Shown here one piece after another: positions 1-12,506 of a DNA stretch of 64,000 bases. Under the pieces are notes generated by a model that saw only the letters and a program-made list of their open reading frames with translations, was not told the origin of the DNA and searched no databases. Numbering within the stretch: the stretch's first letter is position 1; every line of letters begins with the position of its first letter. This DNA is from Trichosphaerium sp. ATCC 40318 (Eukaryota > Protista > Tubulinea). The stretch is taken from NCBI GenBank assembly GCA_038496445.1, contig JALMLS010000448.1, forward strand, positions 124,001 through 188,000, given 5' to 3'. The translations under genes and the position numbers were made by a program.

Positions 1-550
1 TTTTCTCAAAGTTTCATACAGGACATTGTATCCGAGAAGACCTTTTACTACTTATATCAGGATCTTTAGTATCTAAAATATCATGAATAAATATTGTTTA
101 TCATAGAAAATTATAACAAAAAATCCTCCATAGTGCGAGGGTTGTCCAAATACATTCCCATCGTAACAACATGTTGTAGTTTTTTCAAAAGTTGGTGAAG
201 CCAATAAATTAAGTGCACTTGCGACTTAGACCTGAAACTAGGTAAAGGGAACACATGATTTACTAGGATGGGCAGTAGTGCCATATACATGTTGGAAGTT
301 GTGTTCCACAGCGAGTCACCTGTGTTTTGGTTTGTTAAGAGAGTACGGACAAGTTTAATTTCGTTAGGGTTGTAGTTGATTTGCACGTGCACAGTTCCAA
401 GGGCAACCAATCCTCACCTCTGAAGTGGGTTTGGTAGTTAGAGTCAAATCCATAGTTTATTAATCTGAATGAGTCTTGAACTTGAAGCACTGCTTAGTGT
501 AGATACATAGTCAAACAAGGTCAAATGTTTCATCGTTGTTCTCTATCTCT

Positions 551-1252
551 ATGACAGCAACGCCAAATAAAGTGAAGCAGAGCTTGAATATCATACAACA
601 AGATGTACCTGATATATTTTACAATGTTGGAAAGCAAATCTTCGAATGTCTACAACAGGAGAAACATAAACTTGCTCTAAGCGCCACATGCAAACACCTA
701 AGACAAGATTTTATGAGTTTTAATGATTCTACGCCAATCAGAGTGTTTTTGGAAGTAAAATACTACATCAACAAGCAAAACAGTCCTGAAGAGCGTATGA
801 CCGCATTTAATAGAATAAAAACTCGTTTATCGTCTATCCAGCGCAGAATCGAATATCAAGTAGAACTACAAAAGCAAAAGGAAGCAGAACAGCTTGAAAA
901 ATTGATTAAAACATTGACAGAAGATGAAGGATTTGATGAATCAAAATTATGGTGTTTGACAAATCTAGAACTTGAGGAAATAAGAGTTGAAGATGAAGAT
1001 CAACGTAACTTGCTGTGGCATGGTGTAAAAGTGATTTTAAGTTTAGAAGCGATAACAATAGAACTTGTTTTCAGAGCATCTCGTCACAGGGATGTTCATC
1101 CGCCTATTGAATTTAAGTGGTATTCTGAAGATGAAGAGTATCCTAGTTCTAATTATCCAAAGTTTAAAAAGAAAATACAAGAGTATGACATGACTGACAG
1201 TGAAGTATTCAAAATCTTGGAAACTGCAGCAAATATGATGGTTTTTTATTAA
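551..1252 (+). CDS. Intronless hypothetical protein with an N-terminal F-box-like motif
   Basis: Long ORF with first ATG at 551. VPDIFYNVGKQIFECLQQEKHKLALSATCKHLR resembles an F-box (P.D....IF..L.....L.LS.TCK.L). AATAAA follows near 1307. Confidence 0.5.
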   Translation: MTATPNKVKQSLNIIQQDVPDIFYNVGKQIFECLQQEKHKLALSATCKHLRQDFMSFNDSTPIRVFLEVKYYINKQNSPEERMTAFNRIKTRLSSIQRRIEYQVELQKQKEAEQLEKLIKTLTEDEGFDESKLWCLTNLELEEIRVEDEDQRNLLWHGVKVILSLEAITIELVFRASRHRDVHPPIEFKWYSEDEEYPSSNYPKFKKKIQEYDMTDSEVFKILETAANMMVFY

Positions 1253-1800
1253 TTCAGATCAAATGGATGATTATGACTCATTAGAAGAATTGTTTGAAGC
1301 ATGCTAATAAATACTAGCACACCAATAAGCGTCCAATAATAGCTTGCTGTAAACTAAATTGTACTGAGAAAAAAAACCCACAAGCTACATCTTTTTAGAT
1401 TGCTATTCATTTGATAAAAGTACACAACACTTGATTAGGTCTATCACGTGCACTTATGTAGAGAATTTTTTTCTAAGCAGTTGATGAAAAAGTAAAAAAT
1501 GTGTCAGTAACACAGCAGTCAGCTACTCGCCTGAAACTGCCGTATATGATAGTTTAAGGTTTGTATTTCAACAGGAAGATCGAAACAGATATGCACAATA
1601 AGTACATTATCCGCAATTATCATAGAAAATATGTGCCGTGATCTTTTCAGCAAAAAAGGAACTTTTAATTCCTTATTTAAGAGCATCAACACCTTTTTCC
1701 GTTGAATGAATAGGCCAAATCTGCTTAAACAGTGATGTACTACTTATCCCTGAGATGAGGTCACAAACAACGCCGTTTATAAAACAATTTCGTTCACTAT

Positions 1801-1899
1801 CTTATGCAACATCCCAAACAGCCAAAAATGATGTATTGTATTCAACATGCACGTGTAGTATGTATGTATCATTTTTGGCTGTTTGGGATGTTGCATAAG
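1801..1899. repeat. Perfect 32-bp inverted repeat (hairpin)
   Basis: 1801-1832 cttatgcaacatcccaaacagccaaaaatgat is the exact reverse complement of 1868-1899, with a 35-nt spacer. Confidence 0.95.
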
Positions 1900-1931
1900 T
1901 TAGAAAGAGGAAAAACACTGTAAACATTTGA

Positions 1932-2370
1932 AGAAAAAGTGCCCTACAACATTTTTTTTTTTTTGGAGGTAAGCTATTTACTAGAAAAAACCTCCTCTCT
2001 AGGAACGCTAGAGTAGGGTCACTTATTTACACGATATTACAAAAGGTAGTCATTTAGGTGTTTGGGTCGTTTGCTGATACGTTTAATATTTTTAGTGGAG
2101 CATCGCTGTTTATGGACATCTCCATTACGTGTGATGCGAGCCACTTCGTGTCCCATAGCAAAGGCCGGCTCATTGCGCTGGGCAACAAACAAGGTGTGTT
2201 GTGGGTGTATCAAATCTCTGTAGTCACTATATGCTGGTGTTTCATAGTCTTTGTTGAAGTTCCAAAATCCAAGCTCGCTGTTCCATACTGCCCAGTTGGG
2301 GTGAACATCTATCAATTTGGGGTTATAATTTATAGCTAAAAGAATCCACTAGAAAAAGTGCCCTACAACA
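1932..2370 (-). mobile_element. 5'-truncated retroposed insertion (TPRT product) with 20-bp TSD and poly(A) tail
   Basis: agaaaaagtgccctacaaca occurs at 1932-1951 and 2351-2370. T13 at 1952-1964 abuts the left copy. The minus-strand frame is open from the insert edge (~2348) to the stop at 2037. Confidence 0.85.
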
Positions 2371-2623
2371 AATGAAAAGCGTTTATCTCGGTTTTATATT
2401 GCTAATAAAGATCAATAAGCGGAACTTGACGTTTTTTAGCGGAACCACAACTATCATTTTCGTGTGCACACTCAGGTTCGATGCAATAGTACTCTTTATA
2501 CACTTTCAAGGTATAAATGATGAACAATAAAAACCTAGCGAGAAGATTTTCACATCTTACAATAACGTCATACCACAAAAAAAGTAAAACGTATTTATTT
2601 TTTTACACGGCTACAGGTTTATA

Positions 2624-5600
2624 TTAAGCTCTCATACTTACTGTGTAGATCCAAAGCATATAGTGCTTACACCATAGCACATTCAACTGCTTAGCGAAAA
2701 ATTCTCTAATAACTACAGTGTTGCCCTCTGGTATTTCTTTGATACCTTCAATCTCTTTGAGCTTTGTAACTGGGAGCCTTCTTATCCTGTTTACTTAAAA
2801 AATGTGTACAAAAACTCAAGACATAGAAAAAGAGCATTCCTGCATTGGGTTTTTTTATTATTTGTTATTAAGCATTACTATTTGCTCTTTGGTTGTTCCT
2901 CCTTCTCTTCCCTTTAGCTCTTTTTCTTGGTCTTTGGTCTTCTATATCACCGCTTGCCTTTCTTTTTGGACTTGAAGGTGTTGAAGTAGCAGCAGGAGGA
3001 GGAGTGGGTGCTTGTGTTCTATCAAACTTGAAAAGTTTTTCAGTGTCAGTGCCACCATACAACAAGCTTCCAAGAGAAGAATAGTTTGGTGGTGATTTAC
3101 CTTTTCCTTTCTTCCCTTTCTTTTGTTGTTGTCGTACACCTTGATTCTTCTTCTTTTCTCCAAAACCACCACGACTATTATTACTATTTTGATTTTTACG
3201 ACTATCTTGTCTCTGATTTTTATCGGCACCTCCACGTCCACCACTACCTTGTTTTTGGTTCTTACCTATTAAAAAGTAAGTTAATAGTGTGACTGATGTT
3301 TTAATGCTTACCTTGAGGTTTTACGGACAATTTAGAGAACTGTGAGGTTGTTTCTTTAGTGCTAACTTCTTTGCTACTTTTATCATCTTTGTGAAAAGTC
3401 AGCGAACAATCACTAGCATTGTATCTCAGTCTCGCTTACCGTTCGTCAAGTCTACTACCATAGGATCATTTGGAACTCTATCTTGATCTTTTTTACCACC
3501 TGTGCTCTTGATAATAATAACATCAGCGCCAGAAGAGGTTTCTTTCGATGTTTTTTTCTCAGCTTGATTTTCGTTTTGTGAAGCTTTCTTTATAGGAACC
3601 CATTTCGGTTTATACGTCTTCTTGACATTTCCTCCTTTACCTTGCTTATTATTTCTAGGTTTTGGCTGCCCTGAAGAAGCAGGAGGAGCGCCTTTAGGCT
3701 GATTCTGAACCTTCGATGGCTTGTTTGGTTGGTTGTCTTTCACTTGCTGTACAGCTTGTTTATTCTCGTTCTGTGTATTCTTTTGTCTGAGGTTTTGCTT
3801 ATTCCTTCTAGGTTTAGGCTTTTTTTGTGGGTTTACTTCTATTAAATCATCATCTTCGTAAGGGCTTTTCTGTTCTTTTTTCTCCTCGTTTTTATTTTCA
3901 TTTGTTTGACCTTTGAACTGCTTATTTGGTCCTTGTACGCTATCTGATCTCTTTCTCTTTCCTTTCTTCTTCTTGTTTTTATTATAACCATACTTTGGGA
4001 TTATCTCAGAACCTAAAAACGAGATGAGAAAAGAGAGAAAAAAATAAGAAAAAAAAACCATATTGGCGATTATTTCAGGTTGGTGTATTTTTATCTCAGC
4101 AGAAAATATTCGTACGTGTGCTACCGAATAATAGAGCATGATGTTTATGAGTTTGAGGAAGTGAGAAGGTATTCATTCTTTTGACTATTTTGCTAACACT
4201 TGGATGTCTTTTCTTCATCTCTGCTATGATATCATCTTTTGTGCTCAAGAAATCCTAACGTAATTTAATAAACTGATCAAATATTGTGTAAATGATACAC
4301 TTCAAACATACTATCAAAATTGGGTAGAAAAGAAAAGTACACGTGCTACCAGAAAGAGTGCTTTCATGTATGAAAAAAAGCAAAAAAAATGCCTGAGATA
4401 CGTTTATGTTTTAATAAGTACGTACGTATAGTGGCTTTGGTATAACATCTTTGATCTCAGGCTTGAATGGCATAACTAATGGAAGATACTGATATGCCTT
4501 TAGAAAGTTTTTTTCACCGTCATCAGGTTTGAAGTTATAAAAATTATCTGAAAACCGAAGTTAATAAAGCAACTCAACTAGTAATGAGGAAGCGAAGCTT
4601 AGAACAACTCATACCTATTCTTGATAGACCCTGCAAATCTAAGGCATGGATTTTTGCATGTGACACATCATATTGAGCACGTGTACTCACTGGTTTACCC
4701 TAAAATATTTTATCAGCGAAGCGTCAGTTTTTTTGAAAAAAAGGTAAAAAACGAAAGCGAATAGTTTGGTTAACGTACCTGGATTGTATTCGCACAGAAG
4801 AATATCATATTCATGTAATCATGGACAAGCTGTGATGTAACTTGATTATCACCCATTGCTGGCCTTTGGAATCAATGTTACTACATGTGAGAAGACCAAC
4901 ACATATAATCATAAAGAAAAAAAAAGAGACTTACCCTTTGTCCATTTTAATGATGTCTTGTACGAGAAACTTCATATTCAATCTACTATTCTCTACATCA
5001 AATATACGTTTTTTTTCATTTTTACCATTAAGTCTATGTACAGTTGTTACTTTTATCACTTTCTCAAGACGAAAGAAATTGTAAAAGAAAATAAATCCGT
5101 ACGCATAAGTTGTATAAGTTTTCCATAGTTTTGCAAATTTACCATCTACCTGTGCGACTTTTGGGATATAATCATTTCCTTTTGCCAGCCAAGATAATAA
5201 AACAAAATCCCATAGCATATGTTCATTCTCTGGAGTAACAGTACCCTAACAATCATTAGTTTTTTGAAATAAAAAAAGTACTAGGTTTTTTTAAAACTAA
5301 CAACTTCTTTGTGACGTACACCAACTAGAGTTGCTGCAATCTTTGGTACGTTGTATACAACATAAGAACCTGAACCAAAACGCAATAGCTTCGGTCTACT
5401 CGGGGATACAAGGGCTGATTAATGGGTTAGAAATACCAAAAAAAAAATATCACGTGATTGTCAAGAGTCATTGCAAAGTTTTTATGATTGTGGAGCCACG
5501 TACCGTACGTGAATACATCAGAGTCACAGCTAAGTACTAAGTGCTTATCTTTTGGATGTTTTTTAGCCCATTGATTAAAAATCTTCCACTCAGCCTCGCC

Positions 5601-6480
5601 TGGATGTAAATGACCTATTTGTTGATGAGTCGAAAGTCATTGGTACATCAAAAAAAAAGTGTTGGTACCCGAGTAGTGAATTTCAAAGTTTACTGTCTTC
5701 CTGTAACTACTTAAAAACTTTTTTAATTCCTCTTCGAGCTCTTGCATGAAAGGTGTACCTTGGATGTGTGAATAAAAGAGCAGCAAAAAAAAAACCACAA
5801 ATTGATCAAAGAAAAGTCGAATAAAAGTTACCTGCAGTGATACGAAGTTTTGTTACATCACTACCTCCCATACGCCTTGTACGTTGTTCCATTAATTTTG
5901 CAAGAGTGGCTAGGTTAATTAGTAAAGATTGTACACGAAACCAGAGGCGTGAAGAGTCAATAGAGCGAGAAACTCAAGTTGCACTTTTTTTTTTTGGATA
6001 AAAACGTAATAGGTTATTTTTGTAAAGCGGCTACAAACGCGTTGAATAAATATTTATTACGTACCTATGCCATCTATGACAATAACCAGGGATTTGGCAG
6101 GTTTAATAAAGCGCAGTAATTTTCTCAATTTCGCGATTACGTTAATGTAAATTTTCGTGGGTGAGACGCTCGCTGAGGGCTTTGCTGTCGATCTTGGGTT
6201 ATTTACTTTGCCACCGCGTTGATACCGCCCACGACCGCTACGACCGCCTCTTTTCTTGTTTGGTACGCGATGGGCAGTTCTTACAGCCTAAAAGTAACGT
6301 TAATAAATGCATTGGGCAAGTGTGAGAAATTCTCGTTACTTCGTGTATGATCGCGTTTGTATCAATGTACGCATGATCGCAAGAGCAACAGAGCTTTGTC
6401 TTGCCTCTGGCGTTCGCCAACTTGGTACTATGTTGAGCATGCGTAGCATCAAGCCATTTCCATAGCCCTTCGATACCCAT
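2624..6480 (-). CDS. XRN-family 5'-3' exoribonuclease, multi-exon, with a long basic low-complexity C-terminus
   Basis: Spliced motifs MGIEGLWKWL, DHAYIDTNAIIHE, DGIATLAKLMEQRTRR, ITAGTPFM, HPGEAEWKI, SCDSD and GNDY match the XRN N-terminal nuclease domain. Introns checked are GT-AG. Confidence 0.85.
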
Positions 6481-6985
6481 AGTAATAAAACCGTAGCTTC
6501 TGCGAGGTTTCCAAGCGTTTGTAAATCTGAAAACACCTCGCTTAAGAACAAATACAACAAGCGACCATTTGACAGAGGCATGACATTAGCAACTGTAAAG
6601 TACAGCAGCGTATTTTCTACGCGTACATCTTGTTAAAAAGCATACACTGAGAAGATTTGAAACAAATGACTTAGCAAACTTTGCTTAAAGCCAAAAACTG
6701 TCTATTCTCGGATAACATTTCCTACTTCTTTTCCTTCTTTTTATTCTTCGTAAAACCACTCTATTTTTACTATGCACATTTATTTTGAGCGTCTACTGTG
6801 GCTAAAATATAAAATAAAGAAATATGGCACTGTAGCTACATAGTGTATTTTTTTACATTATACAAGCGTTATATGTACATATAGGGGCATTTCTTAGCCC
6901 TGAGGTTGTGCATGTGTCCTTTGGTGAAAATTCTGTTTCTACAAACCAAAAACGCTTACGTTATCGTCAGGTACACTTCTTAGCC

Positions 6986-7606
6986 TTAATGGCGTTTGAA
7001 ATCGAGCGAAAAGCTGACTTTTTAGATTGTATAACTACTACCGACTTATTCTGTATTTTAGATCCACCACACGCCATAGGTGGCTTTGTAGTGGTGTCTG
7101 AAGGTAAAAATTCTAAAATGACGAATGCATCTGGTTGTTTGGCGTAAGCTAAAGCGAAAAATAAATCAAAAACGCTGTCTTAGAAAGAGTGAAATCAAAC
7201 TCGTCATTTTCACTAAAGAGTTAAAAAATTTTCGACTTTTTTTTTGTTCCTTCGTTTTTTTCGTTTCCAAAAAGGCATAATTTCGGGTGTACCTTCATTG
7301 ATGTTCCATACAATGTTGTAATGTTCCATTTGATATTTTCCTTGGCGGTTAGTGGTGAATATCAAACAACGCTTTACTGGTTTCTGTGTAGAGCCTGGAG
7401 GTAAGCAAAGAGGTTAGTATTGGGAACTTGTTTTTTGTTTAAAAAGCAACTAGCACGTGAACAAAGATTGAAACCGCAAAGGTCTTTGTTCATTGTACGA
7501 CTACTTTACGGGCGTGTTACTTACGTTTGTTCTTTCTTGTGACGCGAGAAGGCGTTGCTCTGAACCTCGTTGTAAAGGGACATGTACTCTTTGCTTTATG
7601 GCTCAT
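6986..7606 (-). CDS. Small three-exon hypothetical protein (~115 aa), absent from the ORF track
   Basis: ATG at 7606 (MSHKAKSTCPF...). Two phase-compatible GT-AG introns join ...KNK/RSTQKPVKRCLIF...NINE/AYAKQPDAFVILEF...DFKRH*. Confidence 0.55.
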
Positions 7607-8127
7607 AAGATGTATAACGAAAAGGTACCTCGATTCACTTTTTGTTCTTTTTTTTTTACATTTTATCTAAGAATCACCGGCTTAACACCACAAAAGGATA
7701 GGATGAAACAATGATACCCGGTGTATCTAATAGAAGAGATAAGAGGTAAATAGGTAAGCATACGTGCGAGAACAGGGAACATAAAATGGTTTTTATGGAA
7801 AGGTTTGAACTGAATCTCGCTGAACAAAAATTTGTAATATCAAAAAATTTAATCTCGTCTAGTGTATTGACATATCTCCCTTACCTCTTTAATATCTTAC
7901 CATATAAAGAACATAGAGAATATATATCGCCCAGAGTCTTCAAACACTTTTTGTGATATACTATCCTATACAGGAGGTTATGCATGTGCGTCGGTTTTCG
8001 AAATCTTTTACTTCTTTTTTTTTTTTGAATGCGTGAAGGCTAAAAAAAAGATCATGTAGGGGTTTGATGCACACGCCGGGAAACCCGAGCTTGCATTCAA
8101 ACACCACACGATTTAATTTTTTCAAAA

Positions 8128-10533
8128 ATGACTCAAAGGCCACAAGGCAATACGTTCTTTATCGTTTTGATTTTTTTACAATACTTTTTGCCTGAAAAGC
8201 ACGTGGAAAGAGTAAGTTTTTATGAATGTTTTGGGGTTTTTTTTTTCAGCCTTGTAGTTTTGTACCGCTTTGTTTTTCGCTAGTACTCAAGGATTTTTTT
8301 TTCAGATTTAGATATTTTTTTTGATTGAAAAGAAGTCCGACCTGTATACTCTTTATCACTCCGCACAGTACGTACAAGCTACGTCACATCAGACGTTTTT
8401 ACTGAGTGATGCTGCATAGGATAATCACACTCCGTCACACGGAACTAAGGCTTATCCTCAAAGAAATACACAACGCACAACACTCGCAAGAATGAGAGCT
8501 GCTCGACGTCTTTCTTTAACTCGTACGTATTTATGCTATCCTTTAAAGCATAAAGAACTTGCCAAAATAAAGCCTAAAATAGGTTAATCAATTCTACGTT
8601 ATCCTTTTGGTTTTTTTTTTAGAGTCTATTCGAAATTTAGAAAAAACATTAAAGGGATCCCTTTTGTTTGCCTTTGACATGAAAAAAACGACTTTAAAAT
8701 AGACCAAAGTAATATATTTTATAACGTTGTAAATTTCGTACCCTTATCGCGTTACAAGAAGCCTCTCTAAGGCTTCTTTGATAACGTCATTTTAGAAAAA
8801 TATTTCGAGAAATTTTTTTTTTTACGTAAAACTCTCCTCCTATGCGTTTTTTTTGATTGTTTTTTACTGTTTTTTGCGTTGACGGATATCGAAAGAAAAA
8901 TTGAAAAAAACCGTGCCTTTGTTTTTTGTTCTGCTTTTTTATTTTTTTATTTCAAGCCCCAACTTGAAATTGACTCCTCCTTATCAAACTTGTAGTTTCA
9001 CCCAAAAAAAATAAGCAATCGTCCAAGTACAAAAAGACGCGTTGCATTGGCTCTGGTGTTAGTAGTACTGTTTGGCATGGTAAAAAAAGTGGTAGCAAAG
9101 ACCGCGTAGCTCTTAAATGCGTAAAGAAATCATACTGGAAGAAACACCGAGAATCTGTAGAACGTGAGATTGAAGTACAAACAAAAGTATCACATCCAAA
9201 CGTTACAAAATTGCTAGAGCATTACTCTGTCGATGGTACGCCTCCAAGTTTTTTTGTAGAGACTCAAGCGCTCGTCTTTTTTCTTTTCTTTTTTGTAGTT
9301 AACCGCCCATTGTTTTAAAAACGCTTCTCCTTGCGTTAACGCTCTTTAGAGCGAAACTAAATAGTTGTATGCCTTTTGTTCTAATCGTTTATCGTAGGCT
9401 CTGTAGTATTGGTTTTAGAGCGTGCATGCTGTAGCCTTGCTAATTGGATGGCTAACCCAAAGGATAAAAATACGCGTATTCTTGTAAGATATGTGGCACA
9501 TCAGATTATACAAGGTCTTGTCGTAGTACACTCCTTGGGATACGTTCACCGAGACGTTAAGCGAGGTACAATCAAAGCAAAACCCTCACATTATTTTGGT
9601 TAAAAAAATCTTCCCCAAAAAACCAGCGTGTTCGAACAACTACAAAAATCAGAGCTCAAAGAGCAGATAGTTTTTTGTTCATACAAGCTGGACAGTGAGA
9701 TTTTTTTTGTTTTTTTGTTGAATTGCCCTTTCACCTTTTTCTTCAATCAATCAATCCAAAAAAGATTATCAACGCGTGAGAGTGCCAAACGCATGCGTTG
9801 TACATCCTTAAAACATCTTGAAACTCTTGCATTATTTTTTTCTTTTTTTTTTCACTTCCAAAAACACGTGATTAATCACGTGTCGCCTGTTATTCCACCC
9901 AACTAACTTATTTTCTTTCAGACAATGTTCTTCTATTCTCCGATGGAAAAGTAAAGCTAACAGACTTTGGGAGCGTGATATCAGTAGAAGAGGCAGTATG
10001 TAGCCGTCACTTCCCTGCTGGAACTCCGCAAGTAAGTGCATTCACAATATTCTTGAAAACAAACGTTCACGTGAAAAAAAAGTCCAAAAAAACGCTTTAC
10101 ATTTTCTGAAAATAGTGTTATTTATACCTACGCCTAGTATTTCCCTCCTGAAGCAGCGTTAACGTCTGGTTATGATCAAAAATTTGATGTATGGTCCTTT
10201 GGAGTTATGCTATTTTTTATGATGACAGGAAGCCATCACCATGAACTACGTTGTCAGAATTCAAAGATGATGAAGCCAGTGTTAAAAACAGTACTAAAGA
10301 AACAGCGTCTATCATTCAGGAGGTATAAGACGAATTTGAAGAGTGAAGACATTGAGTTCTTTAAAAAAGTTTTATCAATAAGAAAACAGAGCAGATCAAG
10401 TTCACGTGCTTGTTTAGACCTTCCTTTTATAAAAGATTGGCATGTAGATTTAGGAGTTGAAGGGACTATAAAGGAGGTTAAGAATGTAACTCGGATATTA
10501 CTGGAGCTAGAGAGGCTATGTTATCTCATGTAA
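8128..10533 (+). CDS. Ser/Thr protein kinase, multi-exon (5' end uncertain)
   Basis: Spliced motifs IGSGVSSTVW, VALK, EREIE, HPNV, HRDVKRDNVLL, KLTDFG, GTPQYFPPE, DVWSFGV. Confidence 0.85.
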
Positions 10534-10989
10534 AAACACAAAACCAAAAACAACGAATGAAAAAAACGCCGAGCTAGCAAAGCAGTTCATAGAAAATTGC
10601 TGCTCTCTTGTATAATATGTAAAAAGTTCTTATTAAATGCTATAAAGTGTAAATATTAATTAAAAAGCTAGCACTGTTTTTTCGGGCACAAGTGCTCAAT
10701 CAACCCATAATTATGGTCGTAGTTTCCGAAAAAAAAGTTTGTGAACTAAAGTCGATAAATACTGCTAAACAAATACGGAGTAAATACCGAATAATGGGAA
10801 CTGTCCATTACATGTGACAACTAAAAATCTTATAGCCTGCGGGTGTATTTCGGGGAATACTACGTAGCGCACAACTTACGAGGGCCTTCTCCGTAGTTCC
10901 CAAAAGAATGACAAACAAAAACTGCATTAGAAATGACTCCATTTTCGTTCTTTCCGACATTTATCAGTACTCCTGGATATTTTCAACCT

Positions 10990-11468
10990 AAAGGACGTGG
11001 CTGCTTCACATAGTTTTCATGCCTTATGTACTACACCATTTTATTTGATACCGGTATATTGACTCATTAGTCAAGTGCTACAGCTCCCATAACTGCCCAT
11101 TTTCATGCCACCTGTTGTGCTCCTTTTCTATTTTACCTTTGATAACGTTGCACATCAAGGTTTCCAGCCACATCTTTTGCTGTCCTTCTCGTTCTTTAAT
11201 TTGTCCATTTTCAAACCAATACTTGACTCTCCTTGTTGTTTATCATTTACAAAATTTGATCAATGTACCAGTATGATACCAGTCCTTGTACTCTCCTTCA
11301 AGACCCCATTTGAAAGTTACGCTCCTCATCCAGTTCGCTATTACTAAACCAGCTCTTGTACTCTCCTTCTAAGGCACCTTTGACAAAAGTGCATTGTTCT
11401 TTCAATTTGCCATTTTGATACCATTGCTTTCTGTTTCCGTCAATTTTACCATGTTTCCAATACTCAAG
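10990..11468 (-). pseudogene. Degraded MORN-variant (MORN_2/YwqK-like) repeat gene
   Basis: Minus strand reads YWKHGKIDGNRKQWYQNGKLKEQCTFVKGALEGEYKSWFSNSELDEERNF, then after frameshifts NGVLEGEYKDWYHTGTL, YWFENGQIKE and WHENGQLWE. Several indels and stops interrupt it. Confidence 0.75.
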
Positions 11469-12506
11469 GCAAATTAGTATGAAAATTTAACAGAGGCAAT
11501 CTTCATATTCTATCACTAAGTACATCCCTAGCATCTTGTGCGTTGCTACAAAGTATATTGAGTTAACATTTACTTTGACCTTTGCAAGAAAAAAACAAGT
11601 TTAAACAAGTTTAACTGTTTACAGGTTGGACTTTGTAGTGATGAAAGGTAGTCGCCATGACAACACCCTCTTAGGATACGTAGCTTGAAATACGTACTTA
11701 CTGGCCGTGGTTTGCGTGGCCTTCGGTTAAGAAAATGTACCCAGATCCAGTTTTCGCTATTCATTTTTCGCCTAATGTCTGCTTGCTTTGTACTTTTTGC
11801 CAGGCAACAGCTCGCTACAATAACCTTAAAACTAACCTGCTATAACCTTTTACTTTCTTGACGTTCTAGCTACAGTTCCTTTCGTTCAAAATTGTCAGCT
11901 AAGTTAACAATTCCGTATCTGCTTTGAATTTGTATGCTTCCCTTAACGCTCACAGCACTTTTTAGTGAGTACCTTCCGTTTGAAAAAAATTATCAAATGG
12001 ATGAGATGTTGTAAGTGACAGCTTTTTGGTCCTGCCTACAACGATACAATACTCAGAAAATATGAAGTGTGTTTTTTGAAGCTTTAAACTCATTCATAGT
12101 GTTGTAGCGTCAACAAATACAACCCTCGTTGCGTCGGGAACTCTTACGACAGGTATTTCTAATGACAATGAACTCATGTCCATAGCAGTGAAAACTCGTG
12201 GTATTTCGTCAGGTAATTCGCAAATTTCTACCCGCGGAACCTTTTCTTAATAAGGAAAGGGGATCTAGGACACCAACCCAAATTATCTTCGTGCTGGTGT
12301 CCACACACCATACATGATGGGTTTGATCTTGAGACTTGTTGATTTTTCGTTAATGCTAAGATAAGATGGGAAAAGTTTAGAAACTTCAGTTGTTTTTGGG
12401 AAGACTAAGATTTTTTTATGGTATTTGGTAGGCAAACGTAGAAAAAGTGCTCTCGCCTGGTTTTCCATTATTACAAATTAATACAAAAAGCAATAGCATC
12501 ACTACA

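Noticed and set aside
111-410. ORF sharing INYNP with the retroposed ORF
   Set aside because: Only a 5-aa match with no extended similarity, and no ATG start.
2460-2490. GGTTCGA T-loop/B-box-like motif
   Set aside because: No cloverleaf or acceptor stem could be formed.
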